From an uncultured Parcubacteria group bacterium (GTDB lineage: Bacteria > Patescibacteriota > Patescibacteriia > UBA9934 > CAMTUG01): 64,000 nucleotides of DNA. Shown piece after piece: positions 28,900-38,531 of the stretch. The stretch is taken from positions 15,434 through 79,433 of the forward strand of contig CAMTUG010000002.1 in the NCBI GenBank assembly GCA_947084965.1, given 5' to 3'. Made by a program: the position numbers and the translations under genes. The notes below the pieces were generated by a model. That model ran no database searches. It was not told the DNA's origin and saw only the letters and a list, made by a program, of their open reading frames with translations. Positions within the stretch are counted from its first letter, which is position 1, and every line of letters starts with the position of its first letter.

Positions 28900-30426
28900 T
28901 TACCGTGCGTATTCAACAACCCGCGTTTCGCGGATGATCGTCACTTTGATCTCGCCTGGGTACTGCAATTCGGATTCAATCTTTTGGGCGATGTTTTTGG
29001 CAAGCTGGAAGGCGGCGTAGTCGTCGACCGCAGTTGGTTCGACGAAGACGCGGATTTCACGGCCGGCCTGAATGGCGTACGCCTTGTCGACGCCCGGGAA
29101 GCTGGTGGCGGTTTTTTCCAATTCTTCCAAACGTTGGATGTACTGTTCGATCGTGTTCTTGCGTGCCCCTGGTCGCGCACCAGAAATAGCGTCGGCCGCT
29201 TTGACGATCACCCCTTCAAGGGTGCGCGGCTTGTCTTCGTGGTGAGCGATCGACTGGTAGCACATGTCTTCTGGGAAGCCGAACTTTTTCAAGATGTTGT
29301 AGCCGATCTCTGGGTGCGCGCCGGCCATGTCGTGATCGACCGCTTTACCGATGTCGTGGAAGAGCCCCCCTTTCTTACAGGCAAAGACGTCGGCCCCGAG
29401 TTCGCCCGCGATCATCCCCGCCATCGTCGCCACCTCGATCGAGTGCTGCAACGCGTTCTGACCGTAGGACGTACGGAACTTCATGCGACCGAGGATCGAT
29501 GTCAGTTTTGGATCAATCGATGAAACAGGAATGCCGAGCGTTGAAAGGGCTTCCTCACCGGCCTTCTTAATTTCGACCGCCAAGTTACTTTTCGCCTCGT
29601 TAACAGACTCCTCGATGCGAGCCGGGTGGATGCGACCGTCGGCGATCAATGTTTCGAGGGCGCGGCGGCAGACCTGGCGACGGATGGGGGAGAATCCACT
29701 GATGGTGATTGCCCCTGGGGTGTCGTCGACAATGATCTCTGTACCGGTCAGGTGTTCGAGCGCCTTGATGTTGCGCCCTTCTTTTCCGATGATGCGTCCT
29801 TTCATTTCGTCGGACGGCAATTCGACGATCGTCGTTGTGGCATCAACCACGACGCTTGATGCAAATTTCATCACCGCCATCGACAAAATGTTGCGTGCTT
29901 TGGCTTCAAACTCCTCTTCATCGCGCGCCTGGACTTTGCGGATGCGATTTTCAATCGCTTCCCGCGACGTCTCTTCGACCATGCTCATGATCCGTTCTTC
30001 AGCCTGGGCTTTGGAAAGGCCGGCGATCGTTTCGAGCTTGGTCATCTCTTCAGCTTTGATCGCTTCGACCTGGGCTTTCAGGTTATCGACCTGTTTTGAC
30101 TTCTCATCGAGCTTAGTTTTTTTGTCTTCGAGCTCCAAGATTTTGGCATCGAACGTTTCCTCACGCTTTTCCAAACGCTTCTGTGCTTCGTTCAATTCGC
30201 GGCGCCGTTCGGTCTCCTCGCGTTTGGAATCCTCGGCCATCTTCAAGGCCTTGTCTTTTGCCTCCATCAGGGACTCTTGGGCTTTCTGTTTTGCTTCGTT
30301 TAGGATCTTTTCAGCCTTCTCTTCGGCGCCGGCCATCTTTTTCTTCGCCAGGGTATCGCGAATGAAAATTCCAGCTCCAGCACCAACGACAAGACCCCCA
30401 AGCGCAAGCACTACATCGATAAACAT
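28900..30426 (-). CDS. rny: ribonuclease Y
   Basis: N-terminal TM, coiled-coil, KH domain (IIGKEGRNIKALEHLTG), HD domain (HDIGK). Start at MFIDVV (30426). Confidence 0.85.
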   Translation of the reverse strand: MFIDVVLALGGLVVGAGAGIFIRDTLAKKKMAGAEEKAEKILNEAKQKAQESLMEAKDKALKMAEDSKREETERRRELNEAQKRLEKREETFDAKILELEDKKTKLDEKSKQVDNLKAQVEAIKAEEMTKLETIAGLSKAQAEERIMSMVEETSREAIENRIRKVQARDEEEFEAKARNILSMAVMKFASSVVVDATTTIVELPSDEMKGRIIGKEGRNIKALEHLTGTEIIVDDTPGAITISGFSPIRRQVCRRALETLIADGRIHPARIEESVNEAKSNLAVEIKKAGEEALSTLGIPVSSIDPKLTSILGRMKFRTSYGQNALQHSIEVATMAGMIAGELGADVFACKKGGLFHDIGKAVDHDMAGAHPEIGYNILKKFGFPEDMCYQSIAHHEDKPRTLEGVIVKAADAISGARPGARKNTIEQYIQRLEELEKTATSFPGVDKAYAIQAGREIRVFVEPTAVDDYAAFQLAKNIAQKIESELQYPGEIKVTIIRETRVVEYAR

Positions 30427-30595
30427 AGTGGTTTCACTCGAGGGCCCAAGCAATGCAAAACGGCACGATCAGATTATGATCGCGTTCTCAAAAGGGATAT
30501 GACTTTGGAGAAAAATCCGATATTCACAAGGATTTGCAGCGTTTTGCAGAGATGAACCACTCGATAATTACTTTTAACTCTGCGCACCGATCTTA

Positions 30596-31294
30596 TCAGG
30601 AATGAGGCGTTTCGGCAAGGGCCACGGAAATACCGATTTTTTGCAGATCTTCGAGTGTTTTTGCCTCTGTGACGTTGAAAGGACCGATCACCGTCCGTCG
30701 TAATTTCGTAACGTATCCACCGACCCCGAGCTTGGCCCCAAGGTCGCGGGCGAGCGCACGGATGTACGTGCCGCTCCCACAGACGATCCTGACCGAGATG
30801 GTGCAGGGGGTGTCAGCTGTCGCTTCGTGCATCGAGCGCAATTCAAAGAGATCAATCCGCACCGTGCGAGCCGGGGCGTCGAGGGGCTTCCCTTTGCGCG
30901 CTGCATTGTACATTTTTTGTCCACCGATTTTGATCGCCGAGTAGTCCGGAGGGATCTGTTCGATCTCGCCAACGAACGTTTGCATCGCGGTGGTCAGAGC
31001 ATCGAGATCAACCGTTCCGCCCTGCACGCGAATCTCTCCTTCTGGGTCGTCCGTTGTCGACGTTGCTCCTAAGACAAACTCTGCTTCGTATTCTTTGTCC
31101 ATGCCGACGAACTGTGCGATCGACTTTGTTGCTGGTCCAACGGCGACGAGCAATAACCCGGTCGCGAACGGATCGAGCGTTCCGGCATGGCCAACTTTTC
31201 GGGTGTGGGCGATCCGACGTACCGCATCGACGACATCATGTGACGTCATCCCTGCCGGTTTATCGATCAATAACATCCCTTGTGGTATTATCAT
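30596..31294 (-). CDS. truB: tRNA pseudouridine(55) synthase TruB
   Basis: LLIDKPAGMTSHDVVDAVRRIAHTRKVGHAGTLDPFATGLLLVAVG catalytic motif; start MIIPQG verified at 31294-31292. Confidence 0.9.
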   Translation of the reverse strand: MIIPQGMLLIDKPAGMTSHDVVDAVRRIAHTRKVGHAGTLDPFATGLLLVAVGPATKSIAQFVGMDKEYEAEFVLGATSTTDDPEGEIRVQGGTVDLDALTTAMQTFVGEIEQIPPDYSAIKIGGQKMYNAARKGKPLDAPARTVRIDLFELRSMHEATADTPCTISVRIVCGSGTYIRALARDLGAKLGVGGYVTKLRRTVIGPFNVTEAKTLEDLQKIGISVALAETPHS

Positions 31295-31300
31295 AGCGTT

Positions 31301-32566
31301 ATGAGGAGGAATACTGCCCGCTGGTTTTTTGGAATCAGAGTACAACTGATTATTGCTTTCGTCATCTTTGCTGCCTGCACAGTTGTGTTGGTGGGCACTC
31401 TTTTTTACAGCGCCCTGGTACGGCAATCGATCGCTCTTTCACGATCCGGGGAGATCACGCAGACACAGCTCGTGATCCTCGAAGAGCAATTGACGGAGGG
31501 ATTTTCAGAGATCGTTGCCGAATACTGGGTCTCGCTCCTTTTTGTTCTGGTGATTGCTGGAATGGTCGGTGCCGTGGTCGGTCACTTTTTTTCTCGCCCG
31601 ATTGAGGAGTTATTAACGGCGATGCGTTCCGTACAGATTGGCCCGAATGGCAAGGAGGGCTCTAGGCGGCTCACCGCCCCGATCACCTGCCATGCTCTGC
31701 ATGAATTCGACGCATTAGCCACGGCGTTCAACGAGCTGCATGTGCGCATCGGCAAACAGAATCAGATGCTCATGAGTACTCTTGCTGAACGTACGGTCGC
31801 GCTTCAGCATAGCAATGAGATCCTCCGTGACTTTGTCTATTACACAGCGCACCGTTTGCGCACCCCGTTGAACATCATCCGCTGGTCAACGGATATGTTA
31901 AATGCTGAAGAGCGTGGAAAACTTAATAAACAGCAGAGAGAAATTCTTTCGGATCTTGAGCGTGCCACGCTCTCGGTCCTTGAATTAACCGACGATCTGC
32001 AGGATCTGTTGATGATGGAGCGTAAAACCAAGATGTTGCTGCACACGGAACGCCTTTCACTTCCAGATCTGATTGACGAGGCGTCCGGCGAAGCGGCTGT
32101 CTTGGCTGGGGAACACCAGGTACAGATCGAATGGAAGCGACCAAAGCAAGGGGAGAAGTTCCAGATTTTTGCCGACCGGCCGCGGCTCGTTCAGGCGCTA
32201 AAGCACATCATTGAAAACGCTGTACGTTATAACGTGAAAAATGGCACGGTGATGATCCGCATCGAGCGTGCCAAGCAGGTCGCCCCGTCCGATGTACGTG
32301 CAAGCCAGGGAATCCCAGATCAGCGCGGGTCGTACTTTTACGTTTCTATTGCCGACACAGGGGTCGGTATTCCGATGGAAGAGCAGTCCCATGTCTTTCA
32401 GCGCTTCTTTCGTGGAAAGCGAGCGCGGACACAGTGGACCGACGGAGGGGGGATCGGATTGTCTGTCGCTCGACCTACTGCTCTTCTTCATGGTGGCGCC
32501 CTGTGGTTCCAATCCAACAAACGATCGGCCGGGACGACTTTCGTTCTTAGCATCCCTGCCGTGTAG
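31301..32566 (+). CDS. sensor histidine kinase (2 TM, HAMP, HisKA, HATPase_c); no adjacent response regulator
   Basis: H-box YTAHRLRTPLNIIRW; N box IIENAVRYN; G boxes DTGVGIP, GGIGLSVA. Start 7 bp from divergent truB start. Confidence 0.8.
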   Translation: MRRNTARWFFGIRVQLIIAFVIFAACTVVLVGTLFYSALVRQSIALSRSGEITQTQLVILEEQLTEGFSEIVAEYWVSLLFVLVIAGMVGAVVGHFFSRPIEELLTAMRSVQIGPNGKEGSRRLTAPITCHALHEFDALATAFNELHVRIGKQNQMLMSTLAERTVALQHSNEILRDFVYYTAHRLRTPLNIIRWSTDMLNAEERGKLNKQQREILSDLERATLSVLELTDDLQDLLMMERKTKMLLHTERLSLPDLIDEASGEAAVLAGEHQVQIEWKRPKQGEKFQIFADRPRLVQALKHIIENAVRYNVKNGTVMIRIERAKQVAPSDVRASQGIPDQRGSYFYVSIADTGVGIPMEEQSHVFQRFFRGKRARTQWTDGGGIGLSVARPTALLHGGALWFQSNKRSAGTTFVLSIPAV

Positions 32567-32664
32567 CGATGCGGTATGACGGCGGTGTGATTCTGGCATT
32601 CCATGTCGCTCATTATTGCTTCGCATCAGTCGATCCGGTATACTTCGCTTACATAAACTTCGTT

Positions 32665-33141
32665 ATGCAAAGAAAGAATCAGACAGGGTTCACCCTTGTT
32701 GAGCTGCTCGTCGTGATCGGGATCATCGTGATTCTTTTTTCCGTTATTTTGGTGGCGATCGATCCGGCCCGTCGTCTGTCTCAGGCACGTGATGCTGTAC
32801 GTCGACAAGACGTCCGCGACATGTTGGAATCGATCCAGGAATATTTGGTTGACAATGATGGGGCGCAGCCAACATCGATTGACACAGACGCAGACTCTTA
32901 CGAACAGATCGGTACGGCCAACTCTGGTTGCGACTCTGGCTGCACGGCTCAAACAACCGAAAGCGCCTGTGCCGACCTAGAAAGCGATTTGGTCGATACC
33001 TATCTTTCAGAAATTCCTGTTGATCCGTCCACTGGTACAGCTGCGGAAACAGATTATTACGTCAATATCAACGCTTCCGGTCGGGTAGAGGTTGGGGCCT
33101 GTGATCCGGAAATTGCCGATACAATTTCGGTCAAGCGTTAG
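32665..33141 (+). CDS. type IV pilin / pseudopilin (prepilin N-methylation motif)
   Basis: MQRKNQTGFTLVELLVVIGIIVILFSVIL: class III leader with G|FTLVE cleavage/methylation site; 4 Cys in C-terminal domain; terminator hairpin after stop. Confidence 0.8.
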   Translation: MQRKNQTGFTLVELLVVIGIIVILFSVILVAIDPARRLSQARDAVRRQDVRDMLESIQEYLVDNDGAQPTSIDTDADSYEQIGTANSGCDSGCTAQTTESACADLESDLVDTYLSEIPVDPSTGTAAETDYYVNINASGRVEVGACDPEIADTISVKR

Positions 33142-33375
33142 CAACAAAGTTCCAGGCGGGGTCTGCGGATCCCGCTTTTGGTTTAGCTCCATGCCCTCCT
33201 CACCGCTACGCAGAATCCCGCCACGACATAGATTATTGGTCATTACTGTCGTGACGTGATCCTGACTCCGCGGTTCGGTGGGCGTTATCCCGGAGGGAAG
33301 CTGCAGTACGAGCAGATCGCAACGTTCTGAAGCCCTGCCTTGATTGTTTCGCTTCGTTCGGCTATCATCTCCCAC

Positions 33376-35406
33376 ATGAACATTAGTGAAATTGCACGCC
33401 GATTAAAGATTTCGACCGAAGAGCTCCGCGCACAACTGCCGGCGCTTGGATTTTCGATCGGGGCTCGCGCTATTCAGGTCAATGATCGCGAAGGGCAAAA
33501 GATCGCTGAAGCCTGGCTCGAGATGAAAAAGCGGGAGCGTTTGACCGAAAAGCGCGACGTCCAGATGGCCAAGATCGACGCGGACGGCAAAGTAAAGGAA
33601 GTCGTTGTTGAATTGAAGCCCGTTGAACTCCCGGCGGTTATTTCGGTGCGTGATTTTGCGACGCGCCTCAACATGCCGATCGCCAAAGTGATGCAAGAAC
33701 TGTTGAAGAACGGGATTCTCGCCTCGCTCAACGAACGTATTGATTTTGATACGGCCGCGGTCGTTGCCTCAGATCTTGGTTTTGCAGCAACGATGGAAGC
33801 ATCGACGACGGAGGTGTTGGAAGAAGAGGCGGGGAGCAAACACTTGGCTGACGTTCTGGCGAGCGAAGAAACAGCTGATCGTGTTTCGCGTCCACCGGTC
33901 ATTGTGGTCATGGGTCACGTTGATCATGGTAAAACAAAAATTCTTGACTCCATCCGTTCCACGAGTGTGATGGAATCCGAAGCCGGTGGGATCACCCAGC
34001 ACATCGGTGCCTACCAAGTTGTCCGCAACGACAAGCTGATTACGTTCATTGACACCCCTGGTCACGAAGCATTCACGGTTATGCGTTCGCGTGGGGCCAA
34101 AGTCGCCGATATCGCCATTCTGGTGGTGGCCGCTGACGACGGGGTTAAACCGCAAACGAAAGAAGCAGCGGACATCATCAAAGCGTCTGGATTACCGTAC
34201 GTGGTGGCGATCAATAAGATCGACAAACCCGAAGCGAACGTGGAAAAGGTGAAAGGCGAATTGGCTGAATTAAATTTGATTCCAGAAGAATGGGGTGGCA
34301 AAACGATGATCGTTCCTGTTTCGGCCAAGACGGGCCAGGGGATCGACGCCTTGCTCGACCTGCTGCTTTTGGTGAATGAAATGGAAGCGGCGAAGATCTC
34401 GGCCAACCCGAAACGTCGTGCCATCGGAACGATTATTGAATCACATATTGATAAAGGGGCTGGACCGGTCGCTACCGTCCTGGTGCAGTCCGGCACACTT
34501 CGTGTCGGTGATTCCATGGGTGTTCATGGAGCTTTGTTTGGCAAAGTGCGCTCGATGAAAGATTGGCGCGGGGAGTTAGTCACGATCGCCCCGCCATCCA
34601 TGCCGGTCGAAGTCCTTGGATTTAAATCTGCCCCGTCCGTCGGGGACGTGATGGAAGTGCCGGAAGACGCCAAGGCGCTCGAGAAGATGAAAGAGCGAAC
34701 GGCCAAGAGTGGTGTCGCTGAACAGACGACTGTGGTGCGCGCCCAAACGGGCGAAGAGGCCAAAGAAAAGAAGATGCTGAACATCATCATTCGTGCCGAC
34801 GTGCTCGGCTCGCTCGAAGCGCTTCTCGGCATGCTCGAAAAGATCAAACATGATTTGGTCGGGGTTGAAGTTGTGTCCAAAGGTCTCGGCAACGTGACCG
34901 ATGCCGATATTTTGAAGGCGGACGCAACCCATTCTGTTGTTTACGCGTTCACGGTCAAAGCGACTCCGGGCGCCGAAGATTTGGCGCGTGAGAAAAACGT
35001 CGATCTTGTGTCATTCAACATTATTTATAAACTGTTCGAAGACGTCCTGACCCGATTGGGTACCATGTTGCCAGCTCAAGAAATTATTACGCCGATGGCG
35101 AGCGCGGAAGTGTTGGCGATTTTCAAAAAAACTGACCGCGGGGGGGTCATTGGTGGCAAGGTTCAGGGCGATAAATTGCGCGCCCCGTGCAAGATGCGTG
35201 TTCTTCGTGGGGAGCAGGTCATTGGAGAAGGGGAGATCATCAAAATTCAGGTCGGCAAGCAGCAGGTGAAGGAAGTTGCCGGCGGAGCGGAATGTGGGTT
35301 AGAATTTACCGGTAAAGTGAAGATCGAAGTCGGGGACATTATCGAAACGTATACCGAGGAACAGAAGGAACGGGTGCTTAAAATTGAAGGAATAGATCTT
35401 CGTTAA
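33376..35406 (+). CDS. infB: translation initiation factor IF-2
   Basis: G-domain [32 protein letters not shown]; C-terminal beta-barrels. Confidence 0.95.
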   Translation: MNISEIARRLKISTEELRAQLPALGFSIGARAIQVNDREGQKIAEAWLEMKKRERLTEKRDVQMAKIDADGKVKEVVVELKPVELPAVISVRDFATRLNMPIAKVMQELLKNGILASLNERIDFDTAAVVASDLGFAATMEASTTEVLEEEAGSKHLADVLASEETADRVSRPPVIVVMGHVDHGKTKILDSIRSTSVMESEAGGITQHIGAYQVVRNDKLITFIDTPGHEAFTVMRSRGAKVADIAILVVAADDGVKPQTKEAADIIKASGLPYVVAINKIDKPEANVEKVKGELAELNLIPEEWGGKTMIVPVSAKTGQGIDALLDLLLLVNEMEAAKISANPKRRAIGTIIESHIDKGAGPVATVLVQSGTLRVGDSMGVHGALFGKVRSMKDWRGELVTIAPPSMPVEVLGFKSAPSVGDVMEVPEDAKALEKMKERTAKSGVAEQTTVVRAQTGEEAKEKKMLNIIIRADVLGSLEALLGMLEKIKHDLVGVEVVSKGLGNVTDADILKADATHSVVYAFTVKATPGAEDLAREKNVDLVSFNIIYKLFEDVLTRLGTMLPAQEIITPMASAEVLAIFKKTDRGGVIGGKVQGDKLRAPCKMRVLRGEQVIGEGEIIKIQVGKQQVKEVAGGAECGLEFTGKVKIEVGDIIETYTEEQKERVLKIEGIDLR

Positions 35407-35488
35407 AGAAAGGAGTAAGCGGTAATTGGTGAGCAGAGACGCTCGGGTTCGTGTCTCCACTTACCTATTACTACTTACCAATTTCCCT

Positions 35489-35800
35489 ATGGACTTGAAT
35501 CAATCCAATTTCGACTCTACCGTTCTGCAATCATCGACCCCCGTCCTCATCGATTTTTGGGCTCCGTGGTGCGGACCGTGCAAAGTGATGTCCCCGATCG
35601 TCGAAGAACTGGCGACTGAAATGGCGGGCAAATTTACCGTTGCTAAAGTGAACGTGGACGAAAACGGTGACCTTGCTCAACGCTTTAACATTCTATCGAT
35701 CCCGACGTTCGTTGTTTTTAAGTCTGGTCAGGTTGTTGATCAGTTTTCTGGTTCGATGAGCAAAGAAGCGCTGGCGGCACGTCTCGTGAAGCACGTCTAG
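35489..35800 (+). CDS. trxA: thioredoxin
   Basis: WAPWCGPCK active site; start MDLNQSNF at 35489. Confidence 0.9.
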   Translation: MDLNQSNFDSTVLQSSTPVLIDFWAPWCGPCKVMSPIVEELATEMAGKFTVAKVNVDENGDLAQRFNILSIPTFVVFKSGQVVDQFSGSMSKEALAARLVKHV

Positions 35801-35915
35801 AAAATACGAAATACAAAATCCGAAATACGAAACAAATTCAAAATGGAAATAGGAAACTTTAAAATTTCCCATTTACTATTTCCGACTGTTTCGTATTTCG
35901 ATATTCGAATTTAGA
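35801..35915. repeat. AT-rich heptamer-repeat element (AAATMCG)n arranged as a ~110-bp imperfect inverted repeat; fills trxA-trxB spacer
   Basis: aaaatacg|aaataca|aaatccg|aaatacg|aaacaaa ... ctgtttcgtatttcgatattcgaattt; arms are reverse complements, central ggaaatag...ctatttcc palindrome. Confidence 0.6.
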
Positions 35916-35920
35916 ACATT

Positions 35921-36844
35921 ATGACTGAAAAACTCATCATTATCGGCTCAGGCCCTGCGGGCTGGACCGCGGCACTGTATGCGTCGCGCGCGACGCTCGC
36001 CCCTCTTGTGTTTGAAGGGTTGGAACCGGGTGGGCAGTTGATGGGTACCACCGACGTGGAAAATTTTCCTGGATTTCCAGACGGCATTTTAGGGCCAGAC
36101 TTGATGGCGGTCATGAAAAAACAGGCCGAGCGATTTGGGACGCGGCCGATCAGTGCCAAAGTCGATCGTGTGGATTTTTCTTCGCGGCCATTCAAGATGT
36201 GGGTTGGCGAAACGGAATATCAAGCTGACTCCGTGATCATTGCGACCGGCGCTTCTGCCATGTGGATCGGGGTACCAGGCGAAGATCAGTACAAAGCTAA
36301 AGGGGTGAGTGCGTGCGCTACCTGTGACGGATTCTTCTTCCGTGGCAAGGAGGTGCTCGTCGTCGGCGGTGGAGATGCCGCGCTCGAAGAGGCGAATTTC
36401 TTAACGCGCTTTGCCACCAAGGTTACACTCTTGGTACGCAAAGATGTGTTCAAGGCTTCGAAGATCATGCAAGATCGTGCTTTGGCCAATCCGAAGATTA
36501 GCGTCATGTGGAATACTGAAGTGCAAGAAGTAGTAGGGGATGGCACAAAGATGACCGGGGTGAAGATCATCAATAACCAGACGCAGGCCACGAGCGAACT
36601 CTCCGCTGACGGACTCTTCGTGGCGATCGGTCACAAACCAAACACCCAGATTTTTGAAGGACAGATTGAACTGGATCAAAAAGGATACGTTGTGGTTCAG
36701 CACGGCTCAACGAAAACAAACGTCGAAGGGGTTTTTGCTGCCGGCGACGTCGCTGATCATGTCTATCGTCAGGCGATCAGCGCTGCTGGCACCGGCTGCA
36801 TGGCCGCCCTTGATGCGGAACGGTACCTGTCTGCCCAAGAATAG
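35921..36844 (+). CDS. trxB: thioredoxin-disulfide reductase
   Basis: FAD site IIGSGPAG, redox CATCDG, NADPH site GGGDAA; terminator ggacggttagatccgtctttttt after stop. Confidence 0.92.
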   Translation: MTEKLIIIGSGPAGWTAALYASRATLAPLVFEGLEPGGQLMGTTDVENFPGFPDGILGPDLMAVMKKQAERFGTRPISAKVDRVDFSSRPFKMWVGETEYQADSVIIATGASAMWIGVPGEDQYKAKGVSACATCDGFFFRGKEVLVVGGGDAALEEANFLTRFATKVTLLVRKDVFKASKIMQDRALANPKISVMWNTEVQEVVGDGTKMTGVKIINNQTQATSELSADGLFVAIGHKPNTQIFEGQIELDQKGYVVVQHGSTKTNVEGVFAAGDVADHVYRQAISAAGTGCMAALDAERYLSAQE

Positions 36845-36968
36845 CTCTGGAAAAGGGAGAATGGACGGTTAGATCCGTCTTTTTTCTATACATTCGTGGT
36901 TCGATGAAACAACTTGTGCGTTCGTAGCGTTGGGGTAGAATTAGATCATAATATTTTAACAGTAATGT

Positions 36969-37868
36969 ATGGGCGAAACAGGGCCACGATCAGAAGCATG
37001 GGTACCGGCGCGTAGTCCGGCTGAATCAAATGCTCGACTGAAGAGGCTGGGGCTCATGTTTGGGACGTTTATGGCCGGTGCGGCCGTGGAGCACGGACGT
37101 GCGGCGATGACAGAGCCGACGGTCGATGTAGCAGCAGAAGCAGAAAAGGCTGCTCTAGTTGCGGCAGAAAAAGTCGTTTCAGAAAAGGCGAGAGCCGAAA
37201 GCACTACGGCAGAATGGGGATTCGATCCAAAGGAGATCCAGGTCACAAGCGAAGATCTCTTGCGTCTTCCGACGATTACGAACTGGGACAAACTTAAGCC
37301 CCTCTTTGCTGAACAGGACAAGGAGTTCGATCGTGTCGCTCAGCTCAGCGAGGACCCGGAAGAATGGCGCTCCCCGGAGCTTGATCGGCTTAGCCAAGAA
37401 TCTAATGCAGCACTGGCAATGAATTGGGATGGATTTGAAACACTCACTCCTCAACAGCAGGGGGTGGCGTACGATAGTCTTTATAATTCTTACGCCGTTG
37501 ATACAGCTGTGGAGCGACAACGACTCGCTGATGCTGTGTCAAAGACGGAAGTCAAGGTCGAGCATAATCGCATTACGGCGATTTATCATCCTAAACCGGG
37601 TGAGGACGTCGTGATTCACGAATGGATACCGGACCAGTCCCCATTACAGAATGGGGTTGAGCCGATGGAGACGTCATTCTATGATAGACAGATGACGGAA
37701 CAATTCACTCCTGGGGTGATGTATCAACCGGGGGAAGCGTATGATCTCATGCAGATGAGTGCACTTGATTCTCCGGATAAGTCCGCCTGGATAGAACAAG
37801 TGATTGTCAACAAGATTCAAAAGGAATTGATGTATGCGGACTTGCCGTTAGCGGAAGAGGAAAAGTAA
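36969..37868 (+). CDS. hypothetical protein
   Basis: 299-aa ORF, acidic, no recognisable motif; start may be internal. Confidence 0.5.
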   Translation: MGETGPRSEAWVPARSPAESNARLKRLGLMFGTFMAGAAVEHGRAAMTEPTVDVAAEAEKAALVAAEKVVSEKARAESTTAEWGFDPKEIQVTSEDLLRLPTITNWDKLKPLFAEQDKEFDRVAQLSEDPEEWRSPELDRLSQESNAALAMNWDGFETLTPQQQGVAYDSLYNSYAVDTAVERQRLADAVSKTEVKVEHNRITAIYHPKPGEDVVIHEWIPDQSPLQNGVEPMETSFYDRQMTEQFTPGVMYQPGEAYDLMQMSALDSPDKSAWIEQVIVNKIQKELMYADLPLAEEEK

Positions 37869-37989
37869 AGCGAAGACAAAAACGATTCCTGACGAAGGGA
37901 TCGTTTTTGACTGCGGATAGTGTTTAAAAAAATCGACCGCCCGGAGCTCGTACAGCTCCGGGCGGGTGGGGGTCGCGATGAGAGAGGCG

Positions 37990-38415
37990 TCAATCCATGC
38001 GGACGACGTAGAAGGTGCTCGTGAGGCGCACCCCGCCGACGATGATCTTCGCGTCGCGATGGACGTGGGGTTCCCAGCCGTACAGGGCGACGTGCGGCGG
38101 GTTGCGCCAGCCGATGAACCACTGTGGTGTCATCTGTGGCAGCTGGGTGCGGTGGGCTTCCAGCGCCTCGGCCGCGACGGGCTGGTCGATCGAGCGGAGG
38201 AACTCTTGCATCTCGTCGATCCCGTCCTGTCCACCGATGCGGGCGATGATCGTCGTGTCCTTGCGTCCACGGTCGTCGGTCACGACTGAGAGCGTCACGT
38301 ATGGGCGCTCCAGTGAGTGGGTGAGCACTGGTTTGTTCCAGATGTCATTCTGACGCAGAGCCTCGAGAACTTCGCGTGGGGTGACGTCGAACAGGAACAG
38401 GTCATTCAGTTTCAT
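37990..38415 (-). CDS. hypothetical protein (141 aa) with foreign, GC3-rich codon usage
   Basis: Local GC ~62%, third positions almost all G/C, contrasting with neighbours; flanked by GC-rich hairpin ccgcccggagctcgtacagctccgggcgg. Confidence 0.55.
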   Translation of the reverse strand: MKLNDLFLFDVTPREVLEALRQNDIWNKPVLTHSLERPYVTLSVVTDDRGRKDTTIIARIGGQDGIDEMQEFLRSIDQPVAAEALEAHRTQLPQMTPQWFIGWRNPPHVALYGWEPHVHRDAKIIVGGVRLTSTFYVVRMD

Positions 38416-38531
38416 AGTGTGCCTCGGGGAGCAGTTAAACTTAGCCGGGAAAGTGCGGCTCTGTCAATCCTTTGACGTCGGTTGCATGTGTTTGATTGTC
38501 AACATTACGGGCAGTGATACAATGAAATCCT

